Source: Leptolyngbyaceae cyanobacterium (GTDB lineage Bacteria > Cyanobacteriota > Cyanobacteriia > Phormidesmidales > Phormidesmidaceae). From it: 64,000 bases of DNA. The DNA lies in the NCBI GenBank assembly GCA_965263355.1, contig CBDHHL010000032.1, forward strand, positions 3,456,001-3,520,000, written 5' to 3'. Both the position numbers and the translations under genes were made by a program. The notes under the pieces were generated by a model, which made no database searches, was not told the DNA's origin, and was given only the letters and a program-made list of their open reading frames with translations. Below are positions 18,412 to 29,346 of this stretch, piece by piece. How positions within the stretch are numbered: position 1 is the first letter of the stretch; every line of letters starts with the position of its first letter.

Positions 18412-19542
18412 ATGTCATCTCTGCCATCCCTATTTGTCTCCCACGGAGCACCCGATTTACCAATTCGGACAGGGTCAACCCAAACATTTCTGCAACAGTT
18501 GGCCAGCACAATGCCCACACCACAGGCCATCTTGATTATCTCGGCCCACTGGCTTACAGCTGTCCCTACCGTCAGCACCCACCCAAACCCTAAAACGGTC
18601 TATGACTTTGGCGGTTTTTCACCTGAGTTATATCAGCTTAGGTATCCAGCTGCTGGTGCTCCAGATGTCGCCAACCGGGTGGCAGAGTTACTTACCGCAG
18701 CCAACCTACCAGCCCAGACCAATGCTACTCGGGGATTTGATCACGGTATTTGGACTCCCTTGATCTTGATCTATCCAGATGCTGAAATACCGGTTGTCCA
18801 AATGTCACTCCAACCGACTCAAGGACCGGAATATCATCTAAAGCTCGGTCAACTATTAGCCCCATTGCGGTCAGAAGGCATTGCTGACACCAACTATACG
18901 GGTCGGGTCACCGTTCCTGTTCTTTGGGACAAAAAGACCCAGACCATTGTTAATAATGAGTCTCGTCAGATCATTCAAATGTTGAACTCAGAGTTTAATG
19001 AATTTGCAACATTTCCAGCACGAGACTTCTACCCTGAGAATTTACGCCCTGAAATTGATCGGGTGATGGATAGTATTTATCAGCCCATTAACAATGGTGT
19101 TTATCGGAGTGGGTTTGCTGCTTCCCAAACGGCTTATAACGCAGCCGTCACAGAACTATTCGCGGCCCTAGACCATTGGGAAGATATTTTAGCAAAACAG
19201 CGCTACCTATGCGGCGATCAGCTGACGTTAGCAGATTGGTGTTTATTTACTACCCTTTTTCGCTTTGATTTGGCTTATTACGGTTTGTTTAAGTGCAATC
19301 TCAAACGACTCGTTGACTATCCTAATCTGTGGGCCTATTGCCGCGAACTGTACCAACTAGAGAGAAACTGGTGCAACATCGACCATGTTAAACAGCTTTA
19401 CTATGCTGGTCTACCTGAACTTAATCCTGGTGGCATTATCCCGGTGGGGCCAAAAATTGATTTTGAGCAGGCCCATGGTCGCGAGAGTGATAAGTTCTCT
19501 GAAATCGGCAATTTACTGGCCGATTGTTTGGCCACTCAGTAG
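18412..19542 (+). pseudogene. In-frame chimera: N-terminal part of LigB/DODA-type extradiol dioxygenase fused to C-terminal part of glutathionyl-hydroquinone reductase (YqjG/ECM4-like GST)
   Basis: SHGAP, ISAHW and RGFDHG motifs end at LAPLRSEGI, then abruptly ADTNYTGRVTVPVLWD...NNGVYRSGF. Both halves are incomplete. Confidence 0.8.
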
Positions 19543-19811
19543 CCTAACCCCCAGGAATACTGAGTCTTATAGGGCACATTCAACGCATCCTCAATATCAC
19601 GGATTTTTGCCAAGAAACAACTTGGTAAATTTACTTAGAATCCGCATTTTTCTCTGACGGTTTATCTAAGCAGTCAAGACGGCTATTAAATTTTCTGGCC
19701 ACTGTACAAAGTTTTGAAGGTCCTCTTTCATCAGGCAGCATGAGCAACTGACTATGTGCAAACTTGTTGTATAGGGGGCGTTTTTGACCAGTCGCCACAA
19801 AATAATTAGCC

Positions 19812-21353
19812 ATGAAAAAAAATGAAGGTTTCAGGCGTTTAGCTCAAGCGTCTATTCTTAGTTCGACTATAGTGCTGGGTACCGTTGCCCCTGATGCTAA
19901 AGCACTCACAATCGTACGAAATTATATTGGTGGTACTCCTGGCGATGTAGCGGGAGGGGGTGATCTAGACACTATTTTTAATGCCGCCGCTGATCTATGG
20001 GAAGAGACTATTCAAGATGAGTATACACTTACGATCAACTATGGCTGGGCACCACGTTCAGGGAATACGTTAGCTAATATTTCACTCATACAATCTCCTA
20101 CCGTTCCTGTACGTGTTACATCAGGTACCGCGTTGTTTGACAATGACACATTTAGTTGGTTCGCTGATGCTACACCTTTCGACAATGTTGAGTATGGAAG
20201 TTTTATAGAATCCACACTTGACTTAGGCGGAGGTGCCATTAACCAACAACGGGACTATATAAACCCATCAGGAGATGCTATTGGGAGATTTGACCTGTTT
20301 ACAGTGGCACTTCATGAAATTGGTCATGGTGTGAACGTTTGGAGTGGTAATCCCATCTTTCAGGTTGATTCTGCACCAGATAGAGACTTAGATATTCCCG
20401 TTCCTTACCCGTTTGCTGGCTCGGAAATTCCTACTACAGATGTGGGCGGCGGGCATATTAATCTGTCATCCCCTGTTATGTATCCGTTTATCCCCTCAGG
20501 TCGACGTAAGCTGCTGACAGAAATTGACATTGTTTCAAGTGCCTACCTGAGTGATTTTCAATCCTTTAATCTCAATCCACAACAGCAAGAACCCGAAGCC
20601 CCTGAACCGCCATCAGGTGAACTCACGGAAAATGGTAGTTTTGAGCAGGGTACATTCGAAAGTTGGCAAACGATTGGTAATACTAGCCTGGAAACTGCAG
20701 CATTTGGGTTCCCTCCTACAGATGGGCAATTCCAGGCATTACTGTCTACAGACGGAACATTTGTCTCTGATACTGAGTTGGAAAGTTTTCTAGAACTATC
20801 CGATGGCCAATTAGATCAGCTCTCGGATCAATTATTAGGGTTCTATCCAGAGGAAGACCATCATCATGGCATTGAAGCTCTAGATATCGCTGATTCAGGG
20901 AATATTCTCGACTCTTTAGGGAATGGGAATGCTACCTTTGGTTCGGCCATCAAGCAAACGTTTACTGCCAATGTTGGAGATATTCTGTCATTTGACTGGA
21001 ACTTTTTGACCAACGAAGGAACACCCAGCATATTTAATGATTTTGGGTTTGTTTCTATTGGTCCATTGGAAACCTTGGCAGATACCAATGCAACGTTTGT
21101 AAATTCATTATCTGCCTTTGGAGAGGAAACGGGCTACCAAAAGTTCTCATTTGCATTACCAGAGACGGGTGAATACACCTTAGGTCTGGGTGTTGTTGAT
21201 GTGCAGGATAGTCTCGTTGCTTCTGGTTTATTGGTTGACAATGTTCGGCTAACTCGATCAAGGTCAGTACCGGAACCATCCATCATCTCTGCTCTAGCTG
21301 CGCTTGGCTTACTGGGTTTGGGCAAACGTATGCAGAAGCGTCGCTCAGTATAG
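19812..21353 (+). CDS. PEP-CTERM surface protein with Zn-metalloprotease-like HExxH domain
   Basis: Signal peptide, TVALHEIGH, and C-terminal VPEPS + TM + KRMQKRR. Confidence 0.85.
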   Translation: MKKNEGFRRLAQASILSSTIVLGTVAPDAKALTIVRNYIGGTPGDVAGGGDLDTIFNAAADLWEETIQDEYTLTINYGWAPRSGNTLANISLIQSPTVPVRVTSGTALFDNDTFSWFADATPFDNVEYGSFIESTLDLGGGAINQQRDYINPSGDAIGRFDLFTVALHEIGHGVNVWSGNPIFQVDSAPDRDLDIPVPYPFAGSEIPTTDVGGGHINLSSPVMYPFIPSGRRKLLTEIDIVSSAYLSDFQSFNLNPQQQEPEAPEPPSGELTENGSFEQGTFESWQTIGNTSLETAAFGFPPTDGQFQALLSTDGTFVSDTELESFLELSDGQLDQLSDQLLGFYPEEDHHHGIEALDIADSGNILDSLGNGNATFGSAIKQTFTANVGDILSFDWNFLTNEGTPSIFNDFGFVSIGPLETLADTNATFVNSLSAFGEETGYQKFSFALPETGEYTLGLGVVDVQDSLVASGLLVDNVRLTRSRSVPEPSIISALAALGLLGLGKRMQKRRSV

Positions 21354-21524
21354 TTTTCTTTTTGAGAATCTACTGCAAACGCCTACGAATAGAGGTCTAA
21401 GGGTGATCATGGGGCATTCACAAGGGAATGCCCCTACAGACCGATGCATTTTATCGCGGTTAATGAGTTCGGATTTGCTATGAGACTTCTATTGACGTAA
21501 TAAAATGCTTTTTTAACAGATCTT

Positions 21525-22802
21525 TTATCCTTGACTGGCAGTAGCTTTCACGGCTTTTGCAGCCTCTTCTGGCTTACCTTCGGCGGGAAACACTAAGATA
21601 TTCTTGACCTTTGGATTATTAATTAGTGACTGCAGGCGGTGCAGCTGATTGTCAGCGATGGACACGCCACCATATTTTTCAACATAGGGCAGCTCTTCAG
21701 CAAAATTGTCGTCGTTATACACCTGAATAAAGGCTCGATCCACAGGCCAATTTTCCCAATCTGCTGCAAAATAGCGTTTGCCCCAGTAGGGATTATGGTG
21801 ACACAAGTCAAAACTTACGTTGGGGTTAGCCGCTTTCATATTGGCCTGGAGCTGCGTCACAAACTCTGTCAGTTCAGTGGTCCGATCTACCTTGCCGGGT
21901 AATTCGTCATGATAGCCCAGATAGTCATCCCACTGCACTGCGTCAATCTCTGGGTAGCGGGTGACAAATTCTGCTAAGACCTGCTTAAAAAACTGGGCCA
22001 TCTCTGGATTTTCCACATCCAGCACATAGTGATCTATCCCAGGATAGGTTTTATCCACACCAGGGACTATCCAGCGTTGCTTGATGGCCTGGTCAAAAAT
22101 CGGGCTGTTTTCATCTAGCTTAATGCCCTTTTCAAAGTAGGCATGAACTTCCATCCCCTGCTTATGGGCTTCGTCAATCAGCCAGTCTAGCCATGGATCT
22201 TGAAATTTGTTGGGACAGCTTTGATAGCCAAATGTTTTCTGCATCACCTCACTATTGTACATGGTGCATCCATTGCCCCAGACACCGTGGATGATGGTAT
22301 TAATGCCCTGATCGCGATAGTAGCGGACGCGATCGCGAATCATTTGTTCACTGGCATTATTGGTAATCTGATACCGGCTCAGATAAATTCCTCGGATCTG
22401 CTTTTGCTGCCAGGGGTTTGACGCATTGCGCGAAGCAGCAGGCTTAATATCAACTGTTTCAGGCTGTACAGGTGCAGTCTTTACCGAAGTAGTTGTTGGC
22501 TCGGGAACTGGCTCGGAAACAGCATCAGCCTGAGATGCCGTAGAAAATGTAGGCGTAATGGGATAACTGGGTTCAGTCACAGGAGCCTGAGCTGCACCAG
22601 GCTGACCAATAGTGCCCTCCTCCTGCTCTGACCAGGGTAGGGCTTCAGCAATATTGTCAGGCAATGCATTGGTAAAGGAACCTGTCAAACTATTGAAATC
22701 AATCTGGCGACTGCCCCAATAGCCCACACCAAGTAACACCAAAATAAGTGAAATAGGAATACTGGTACAGCCACAGCCAGTTGCTTTTTGCTTCGATGCC
22801 AT
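21525..22802 (-). CDS. Glycoside hydrolase family 10-like (DUF187/YddW-type) protein
   Basis: IRGIYLS, LIDEAHKQGMEVHAYFE, RYPEIDAVQWDDY; N-terminal TM and low-complexity linker. Confidence 0.8.
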   Translation of the reverse strand: MASKQKATGCGCTSIPISLILVLLGVGYWGSRQIDFNSLTGSFTNALPDNIAEALPWSEQEEGTIGQPGAAQAPVTEPSYPITPTFSTASQADAVSEPVPEPTTTSVKTAPVQPETVDIKPAASRNASNPWQQKQIRGIYLSRYQITNNASEQMIRDRVRYYRDQGINTIIHGVWGNGCTMYNSEVMQKTFGYQSCPNKFQDPWLDWLIDEAHKQGMEVHAYFEKGIKLDENSPIFDQAIKQRWIVPGVDKTYPGIDHYVLDVENPEMAQFFKQVLAEFVTRYPEIDAVQWDDYLGYHDELPGKVDRTTELTEFVTQLQANMKAANPNVSFDLCHHNPYWGKRYFAADWENWPVDRAFIQVYNDDNFAEELPYVEKYGGVSIADNQLHRLQSLINNPKVKNILVFPAEGKPEEAAKAVKATASQG

Positions 22803-22909
22803 AGTTATAGGAATAGTGACGACCGTATCATCGTGTCTACACCTATATATTTCACGGTAACGTTAAATCATTTCGTATGGTTGGTTGTTCGGTTATTGCC
22901 ATTGGTTAT

Positions 22910-22984
22910 TAAACCTTGTCCACGTCCAGAACTGTAGTTTTGCCGTAGAGGAAATGACTCTGGGTGCAACTTGGATGTGATTTA
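22910..22984 (+). repeat. ~73-bp dispersed MITE-like repeat, copy 1 of 5
   Basis: TAAACCTTGTCCACGTCCAGAACTGTAGTTTTGCCG...CAACTTGGATGTGATTTA. Confidence 0.8.
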
Positions 22985-23084
22985 TTATTCAATGCGTTTT
23001 GAGACGTGTGGTGAATAACAGAACTGAGGGTGCCTTTGGGATAGGTTAAGGATAAGTCTGCCTATCTATTGACAAAAAATCCCT

Positions 23085-23525
23085 ATGACAACAAATGACA
23101 AAGTGGAAGTTGCGATCGCAATCATTCATCAGAATGGCAAATTTCTCATGCAGCTCCGAGATGATTTTCCCAACATTCTGTTTCCTGGCCACTGGGGTTT
23201 TTTTGGCGGGCATATAGAACCCGGTGAAGATGCTGAAACCGGAATGCGACGAGAACTCCATGAGGAGATCGGCCACGTCCCTACAACAATCACCTTATTT
23301 CAAAGAACCGAAGATACAAAGGTTATTCGCCACTTCTACCAGGCCGAATTGACTGTCCCCATCTCAGACCTGGAACTCAATGAAGGGCAAGATATAGACT
23401 TATGTAGCATTGAGGATATCCAACGTGGCTATAAATACTCCTCTAAATTAGGTGAAGACAGACCGTTGGGCAGCCCCCACCAACAAGCCCTACTGGCATT
23501 TATCGCTCATCATACCAAGGCTTAG
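23085..23525 (+). CDS. NUDIX hydrolase
   Basis: Nudix box GGHIEPGEDAETGMRRELHEEIG. Confidence 0.92.
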   Translation: MTTNDKVEVAIAIIHQNGKFLMQLRDDFPNILFPGHWGFFGGHIEPGEDAETGMRRELHEEIGHVPTTITLFQRTEDTKVIRHFYQAELTVPISDLELNEGQDIDLCSIEDIQRGYKYSSKLGEDRPLGSPHQQALLAFIAHHTKA

Positions 23526-23683
23526 GGCACAGGATTGAGCGGGAAGTGGGGGTATTGAACACCGAACACCATTCTGTTGATGGAGGTGACATCGGCCAAC
23601 AACCCTAAAAACAAAACCATAATTTAACCAGACCCCACCAAGATGCTTTACCCTGTGAAGAGCGCAAAAATCGATAAACGACT

Positions 23684-25342
23684 ATGGCCGAAGTGCCACC
23701 CAAAACTCAACCCAACCCTGTATCAACGTCGGATGACGCTCCACCGGTTCGAGCACAAGCTGGACCACCAAAGTTACGCCCCTATCAGGTAGACCTGGTC
23801 AACGCCCTGTACCGTAAACTCAACGAAGGCCACAGCCGCATTGCCATTATTGCTGGTACAGGTGCAGGCAAAACCATCATCAGTGGTCAAATCTGTGCCC
23901 ATGCTGAATCAGCCGGTCGCAGACTGATGTTTCTCGTACACTTAGACGTTCTGGTGGGGCAAACCTATGAAAAAATGCAGTCCTTTGGCCTGGACTGCGG
24001 TTTTATTAAAGCTGGCTGGCCTGAAAATCCCGATGCCCCTATCCAAATCGCCAGTATTCAAACCATGGCCAAGCGTCGCTGGTGGAAAACCTGGCCCGCT
24101 GATGTCGTGTTCTACGATGAAGGCCACATTACGATGTTTAGCCAAATTGGTAAACAGGTAATGAACAAAACCCATCCAAATGCGGTACACCTGGTGATGA
24201 CCGCTACACCGCTACGTTTGGGGCGAGAACAGCTGGGGGACGTGCTAGATACGCTGGTGGCTTCGCCAGTCCCCAGTGAACTACAACAGATGGGCTATCT
24301 AGCTCCCCTGAAGTATTTCAGCATGCCCATGGATAGTATGGCTAACCTGGAAAAAGTAGGGACTAAGGGCGGTGACTATGATGAGAAAGATTTGAAAACA
24401 GCTTGCGATCGCCCCGAACTGGTAGAGCGCATTGTCGAAGAATGGCAACGGCTAGTACCTGGCAAACGCACCATTGCCTTCTGTGTCGATGTGGAACATG
24501 CCCGTAATGTGGCAAAAGAGTTTCGCAAAGCTGGGATTACCGCTGACACTGTCGACGGCAACACCCCCATCAAAGAACGAAAGCGACTTTATGAAGCCCT
24601 AGGCAATGCAGAATTGCTGGTGCTCACCTCCTGCAACGTGATTAGCATTGGCTTTGACGAACCCAGTGTTGAAGTGGGTTTGATGCTACGTCCAACCAAG
24701 TCCAGTGCTCTACACTTTCAACAGCTGGGTCGAGTCATGCGGATTTCTCCCCATACCGGTAAACACTATGGCATTATCCTGGACCAGGCAGGCAATTTAG
24801 AACGACTCGGGTTTCCCGAAGATATTCGAGAATATACCCTACCTACCCGCAGTCAGTCGTCCGGCCAAGGTGGGCCTGCACCGACAAAGCCCTGTCCGAC
24901 CTGTGGTTTAATTGTGTATTCCTTTATCGTAAAATGTCCTGAATGCGGCCATCAGTGGGTCAGCGATCGCCCCATTTTATTAGAAGATATGGTGCAGATT
25001 TACTCGTCTCAGCAAGCTCACCAAATCAATGACATTCCTACCCTGGTTCAGCTATTCCATGGCCATCGACGGCGGGCATTTAAGGGAAACTATGCCCCCA
25101 CCTGGGCGGAGCGCTCCTTCTTCGAACATACGGGACGTAAAGCCCAAACAGAATGGTGTCGTGGGTCGATTTATGGCCATCGTCCTAGCTGGGAACAACA
25201 GCTCACCATTCTCGACTATCTGCGTAAAAGTGCACGACGGTTAGGCCGACGGGATGACTGGGTGGCCCACGAGTTCGAAAAAGAAGTCGGTCCTGGCAGT
25301 TGGAAACAATTAGCTATTCATGAAGGTATCGCCCAGGCTTAA
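23684..25342 (+). CDS. SF2 DExH helicase with C-terminal Zn ribbon (RadD/YejH-like)
   Basis: LRPYQ, TGAGKT, DEGH, TATP, QQLGRVMR and CPTC-x9-CPEC-type cysteine pairs. Confidence 0.88.
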   Translation: MAEVPPKTQPNPVSTSDDAPPVRAQAGPPKLRPYQVDLVNALYRKLNEGHSRIAIIAGTGAGKTIISGQICAHAESAGRRLMFLVHLDVLVGQTYEKMQSFGLDCGFIKAGWPENPDAPIQIASIQTMAKRRWWKTWPADVVFYDEGHITMFSQIGKQVMNKTHPNAVHLVMTATPLRLGREQLGDVLDTLVASPVPSELQQMGYLAPLKYFSMPMDSMANLEKVGTKGGDYDEKDLKTACDRPELVERIVEEWQRLVPGKRTIAFCVDVEHARNVAKEFRKAGITADTVDGNTPIKERKRLYEALGNAELLVLTSCNVISIGFDEPSVEVGLMLRPTKSSALHFQQLGRVMRISPHTGKHYGIILDQAGNLERLGFPEDIREYTLPTRSQSSGQGGPAPTKPCPTCGLIVYSFIVKCPECGHQWVSDRPILLEDMVQIYSSQQAHQINDIPTLVQLFHGHRRRAFKGNYAPTWAERSFFEHTGRKAQTEWCRGSIYGHRPSWEQQLTILDYLRKSARRLGRRDDWVAHEFEKEVGPGSWKQLAIHEGIAQA

Positions 25343-25782
25343 ATCACCCCATAGCTCTATCATGAGGCATGCTCCCATCACGCCCCTCTCAGGGTACGGC
25401 GGGGGCAATTAGGTATATCCTGAAGTGTATATCCTGAAATGGTTTCTGTAAAAGATTTAAGGTGGTGAGACTGCAATCATGACATTATTGCTTAACAAGT
25501 CCTAGGTCACAGCCAAAGCTCCTTCCAAACAAGGGCCAAACGACTGACTAGCTAAAGCAATTTAGCTGAAGTTAGGCTATGACAATTCAACCTCTGGAAA
25601 GCGCAATATATCTATCTTTCAGGAAGAGTATATCTTGAAGAAACTGGGACATTCAAGTTCATTCCGGATTCTACCGTATAACTATAGCTGTATAAAAAGT
25701 AATCCTCTGTTCCAGCCCCCTTGCTCATCCTCTCTGACTCCGCCTACTGCTTTCTAAGCATACGACAACACTTTTTAGAACA

Positions 25783-26664
25783 ATGAAATTTCCTCTTCCC
25801 AAGCAGTCGAGTATTTCCAGCCGTCTGGCCCTCGGTTCTCTCCTGGCGACAACAACAGTTGGTATCGCCTTAGGATCAACTATAGCAGTTGACTCTGCTA
25901 CCCAGCGTGCACTCCATATACAACGCTTGTCGGGCAGGGTTACAACGTTGGCAGGCGGTAGAAAAAACGCTCAACTGGGCGATCGTCTCACGACCGCAGG
26001 CCATGGCATTATTACGGGCCGACGTTCTAGCGCCAATCTATCAATTGATGGTGGTAGTGGCTCTATCGCGGTAGCTCAAAATACCCGTATGACGGTCCAG
26101 CAACTCTCCGTCTCATCGACTGGGGGGTACGTTACTGTTCTCGATGTACCACGGGGACAAGCACGGGTCCAGGTGCCTCCCTTTACCAATCCTAGCTCTC
26201 GCTTAGAACTTCACACACCCAGTGGTGTAACAGCCGTTCGGGGGACCACTTTTGGTGTGTCAGTCTCAGAAGAGGGCAAGACTAGTGTGGCCACAGTCGA
26301 AGGCAAAGTAGATGCCATTGCCCAGTCTGTTACCGTACCGGTAGAGGCTGGGATGGTCTCGATTATTCGTCCAGGGGAAACCCCCACCCCTGCACAACCC
26401 TTGGATAGAGAACTCGATATCCAATGGACCGCCTATGAGTGGCGAGACAATCAACTACTGCATATTGAAGGGAAAATTAATCCTGCCAATGCTTTATTGG
26501 TGGCAGACGAGGAAATTACCACGGATCGTACCGGTTACTTTAAGACTGATATTTCCTTAAAGAAGCGCACTCATCTAGTCATTGCCACCGTCAAGAACCC
26601 GATGGGAGAAACACGGCATCATCGTCTATTTCGTTGGCTCGCTCATCGGGATTCTAGTTCATAG
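25783..26664 (+). CDS. FecR-domain protein
   Basis: HTPSGVTAVRGTTFGV...TVEGKV FecR signature; upstream of a CHASE2 cyclase, a common pairing. Confidence 0.85.
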   Translation: MKFPLPKQSSISSRLALGSLLATTTVGIALGSTIAVDSATQRALHIQRLSGRVTTLAGGRKNAQLGDRLTTAGHGIITGRRSSANLSIDGGSGSIAVAQNTRMTVQQLSVSSTGGYVTVLDVPRGQARVQVPPFTNPSSRLELHTPSGVTAVRGTTFGVSVSEEGKTSVATVEGKVDAIAQSVTVPVEAGMVSIIRPGETPTPAQPLDRELDIQWTAYEWRDNQLLHIEGKINPANALLVADEEITTDRTGYFKTDISLKKRTHLVIATVKNPMGETRHHRLFRWLAHRDSSS

Positions 26665-26716
26665 TAAAGGGAGGAACATAGGCATGAGTAGCAGAGATAG
26701 TTGGGGCAGGTAGGTT

Positions 26717-28663
26717 ATGGGACAGTGGCTGAAACCATTTAGAAATAAGGATCGAGCTGTGCGATCGCAAAAGCAGTGGCTCGATATGTTTCTAGGTCCT
26801 GGTCTAGCAGCAGCGGGGCTGGGCATGGCCCTCACCCTCTTGGGTGTCTGGAATCCACTGGAGCGCAGTGTCTACAACCGACTATTTTATACCCGTGAAC
26901 AACTCCATCCCCTAACATGGGACGATACCATCGTAGTTGTTGCCATTGATGAGATCAGTTTAGGACAATACGGCAGCTACCCCTGGAAACGGGATATCTA
27001 CGCTGATTTGCTGTATCAGCTTGCACTTGTGCAACCAGCAGCGGTCGGGTTCGACATTCTGATGCCTGAGACGACGCCAGAAGATGCAGAATTTGCCGAA
27101 GCTCTCACCTTTAACCCCAACGTTGTCCTGGCCGTTGGGGGCGACAGTCAAGGAAATTTTATCAATATTGCTAACACCATTGACCAGCAAGCCAAGGGTG
27201 CCTTCACGACCGGTCATGTAAAACACATTACCGATGTCGATAGTATTAGTCGTCGTGCATTTCTCTACGAACGACAAGATGGTCAGGTTGCCGATAGTCT
27301 AGCCATTGCCCTCATAAGGCAATATCAAACCAGCTTAGAAAACACACTAAACCCTAATCTGACCAACAACTTAGAGACCCTGACAGCACTGCTAAAGAGA
27401 CTAGAAAAATTTGACCAAAACAACCCCATCTGGATTAACTGGCCAGGACCTATACATCCAAACCAATCAGGCCCTTTAAACCAGAATAGCAATCAACACG
27501 ATGGCGTCACCACCTTGTCGTTTCAAGCGGTGATGAACAACGATAATATATTGGATCAGTTACAAAATAAAATTATATTAATAGGCTACACCGCAACAGG
27601 CGTGGTCGGAAATGCAGAAGATCCGCTTAAAACACCCTTTTCAAGAACCATCCCCGATTCCGGCGTCTTTCTGCATGCAGCCATCCTAGACAACCTGCTC
27701 AACAATCGTTTTCTCAAGGTTCTTCCCCAATACTGGACCTTCGCCCTCGTGATCTTAAGTGGTTTTGGTAGTAGCTTAGTTCTCCGACCTCTCAAATTAA
27801 GAGGTCGTTTAATCTTCTTAGTTGCCTTAATTCCAGTTTGGTTTGCAGTCACCTACGGATGTTTCGTGACAGCCAATCTTCTGATCCCAATGGCCGCCCC
27901 CATTGGCACCACTCTGTTGGGCATGATGCTCTTTCAAATCGCCGAGCAGCGGGAGCGTCAGGCCCTTACCGATCTCTTTGCCATTAGCCTCTCTCCTGAA
28001 ATGGCTGATTTTGTTTGGCAACATAAGGACGAACTACTCATAGAGGGACAAATTCATGCTCAAGAGCTAACTGCAACCGTTCTGTTCACCGACATTCGAG
28101 GGTTTACATCGATCACCGAGAAACTGCCCTCAAAGGATTTACTGACCTGGCTTAATCGTTACTTTGAGGTGATGACCGAGTGCATTATGGACAATGGTGG
28201 AGTCGTCGATAAATATATCGGTGATGCCATTATGGCCGCCTTTGGTTCCCCTGTTGCCCGCATTAATGAACAAGGTATTCAGGCCGATGCCATTGCTGCT
28301 GTGCGCGCCAGTATAGCAATGCTAGAACGGCTAGAAGATTTGAATAAAGAGTTTATTGCCAGCGGCCTTCCCACCGTAAAATTTGGCGTGGGGCTACACA
28401 CAGGTTCTTTGGTAGCTGGGACCGTTGGCGGTCGTAACCGGGCTAGTTATTCCATGTTTGGTGATACGGTCAACATCGCTGCCCGTCTACAGGATATGAC
28501 CAAAAAACTGACACAACACTCTCCATATCCTATTTTAATGAGTGAAACGACCTATCAATATGTCAGGGAAGAGTATCAAATTGTTGCGGAAAAGGCGCAA
28601 ATTCAATTGCGGGGACGCACAGCCCAAACCACCGTATATACCTTGAGCAAAGTAAGCGCTTAA
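26717..28663 (+). CDS. CHASE2-domain class III adenylate/guanylate cyclase
   Basis: IVVVAIDE..YPWKR CHASE2, three TMs, LFTDIRGFT, DKYIGDAIM and GDTVNIAARL. Confidence 0.93.
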   Translation: MGQWLKPFRNKDRAVRSQKQWLDMFLGPGLAAAGLGMALTLLGVWNPLERSVYNRLFYTREQLHPLTWDDTIVVVAIDEISLGQYGSYPWKRDIYADLLYQLALVQPAAVGFDILMPETTPEDAEFAEALTFNPNVVLAVGGDSQGNFINIANTIDQQAKGAFTTGHVKHITDVDSISRRAFLYERQDGQVADSLAIALIRQYQTSLENTLNPNLTNNLETLTALLKRLEKFDQNNPIWINWPGPIHPNQSGPLNQNSNQHDGVTTLSFQAVMNNDNILDQLQNKIILIGYTATGVVGNAEDPLKTPFSRTIPDSGVFLHAAILDNLLNNRFLKVLPQYWTFALVILSGFGSSLVLRPLKLRGRLIFLVALIPVWFAVTYGCFVTANLLIPMAAPIGTTLLGMMLFQIAEQRERQALTDLFAISLSPEMADFVWQHKDELLIEGQIHAQELTATVLFTDIRGFTSITEKLPSKDLLTWLNRYFEVMTECIMDNGGVVDKYIGDAIMAAFGSPVARINEQGIQADAIAAVRASIAMLERLEDLNKEFIASGLPTVKFGVGLHTGSLVAGTVGGRNRASYSMFGDTVNIAARLQDMTKKLTQHSPYPILMSETTYQYVREEYQIVAEKAQIQLRGRTAQTTVYTLSKVSA

Positions 28664-28713
28664 TTTACCATAGGGTAAAGATTCAGGGGTTCAAGTCTCC
28701 TTGAGGGATCAAT

Positions 28714-29346
28714 TCAGTCAAGGTCTGGAAGGTTATCTTTTTGCAGTTTATTTTTGCGCTGCTGGTTTATTCTTGCCTGAATCAAGAAAACAATCACAAA
28801 ACCTAGATCTACCGTTATTTCCCAGCTTCCAGGTGCTAACCAGCCTAACCCAATTGCCAACAGGTAAATGATTGGCTCACTATAGCTCTCTTGACGAATA
28901 TGGCGAATTGTTTCGTCAGATAAGGTTGGTGCCACTAATCGTCGCTTATGTGCGCCATAAATCCATGCAGCTGTTGAGAAAGTGCCTATCCCTATCGCTG
29001 TTAAGCTATAAAACACATCAATAGACAATACATTATCATAGGACTCCTGGAGGTCAGTGGCATAGGGCAACAGCACCACAAATAGGAGGGCGAATAAACT
29101 CAAGAAAGTATGAACCGCATCGGTCTTTTGATAATGCTTAAACTGATTCACATGAGTGAACCAATAAAAAGCTATGGTGACAAAACTGGTAGCATAGATG
29201 CCAAGACCTGGTAATTCTTGCAAAAGCAACTGAGTTACCGCTTCGGGCGATAGATCGGACGGTATTGGATCGGAGACCAGGGCCAAGATGGTCATGGCCA
29301 CCGCAAAAATAATATCACTGACTCGAATTAGACGTTGAAGAGGCAT
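28714..29346 (-). CDS. TMEM175/DUF1211-family membrane protein (K+ channel-like)
   Basis: RLIRVSDIIFAVAMTIL (variant of the RxxxFSD motif) and SFVTIAFYWFTH. Confidence 0.75.
   Translation of the reverse strand: MPLQRLIRVSDIIFAVAMTILALVSDPIPSDLSPEAVTQLLLQELPGLGIYATSFVTIAFYWFTHVNQFKHYQKTDAVHTFLSLFALLFVVLLPYATDLQESYDNVLSIDVFYSLTAIGIGTFSTAAWIYGAHKRRLVAPTLSDETIRHIRQESYSEPIIYLLAIGLGWLAPGSWEITVDLGFVIVFLIQARINQQRKNKLQKDNLPDLD

Noticed and set aside
23684..25342. Prophage or restriction system around the helicase
   Set aside because: No methylase, nuclease, integrase or phage genes nearby, and HIP1 sites are present within the gene.
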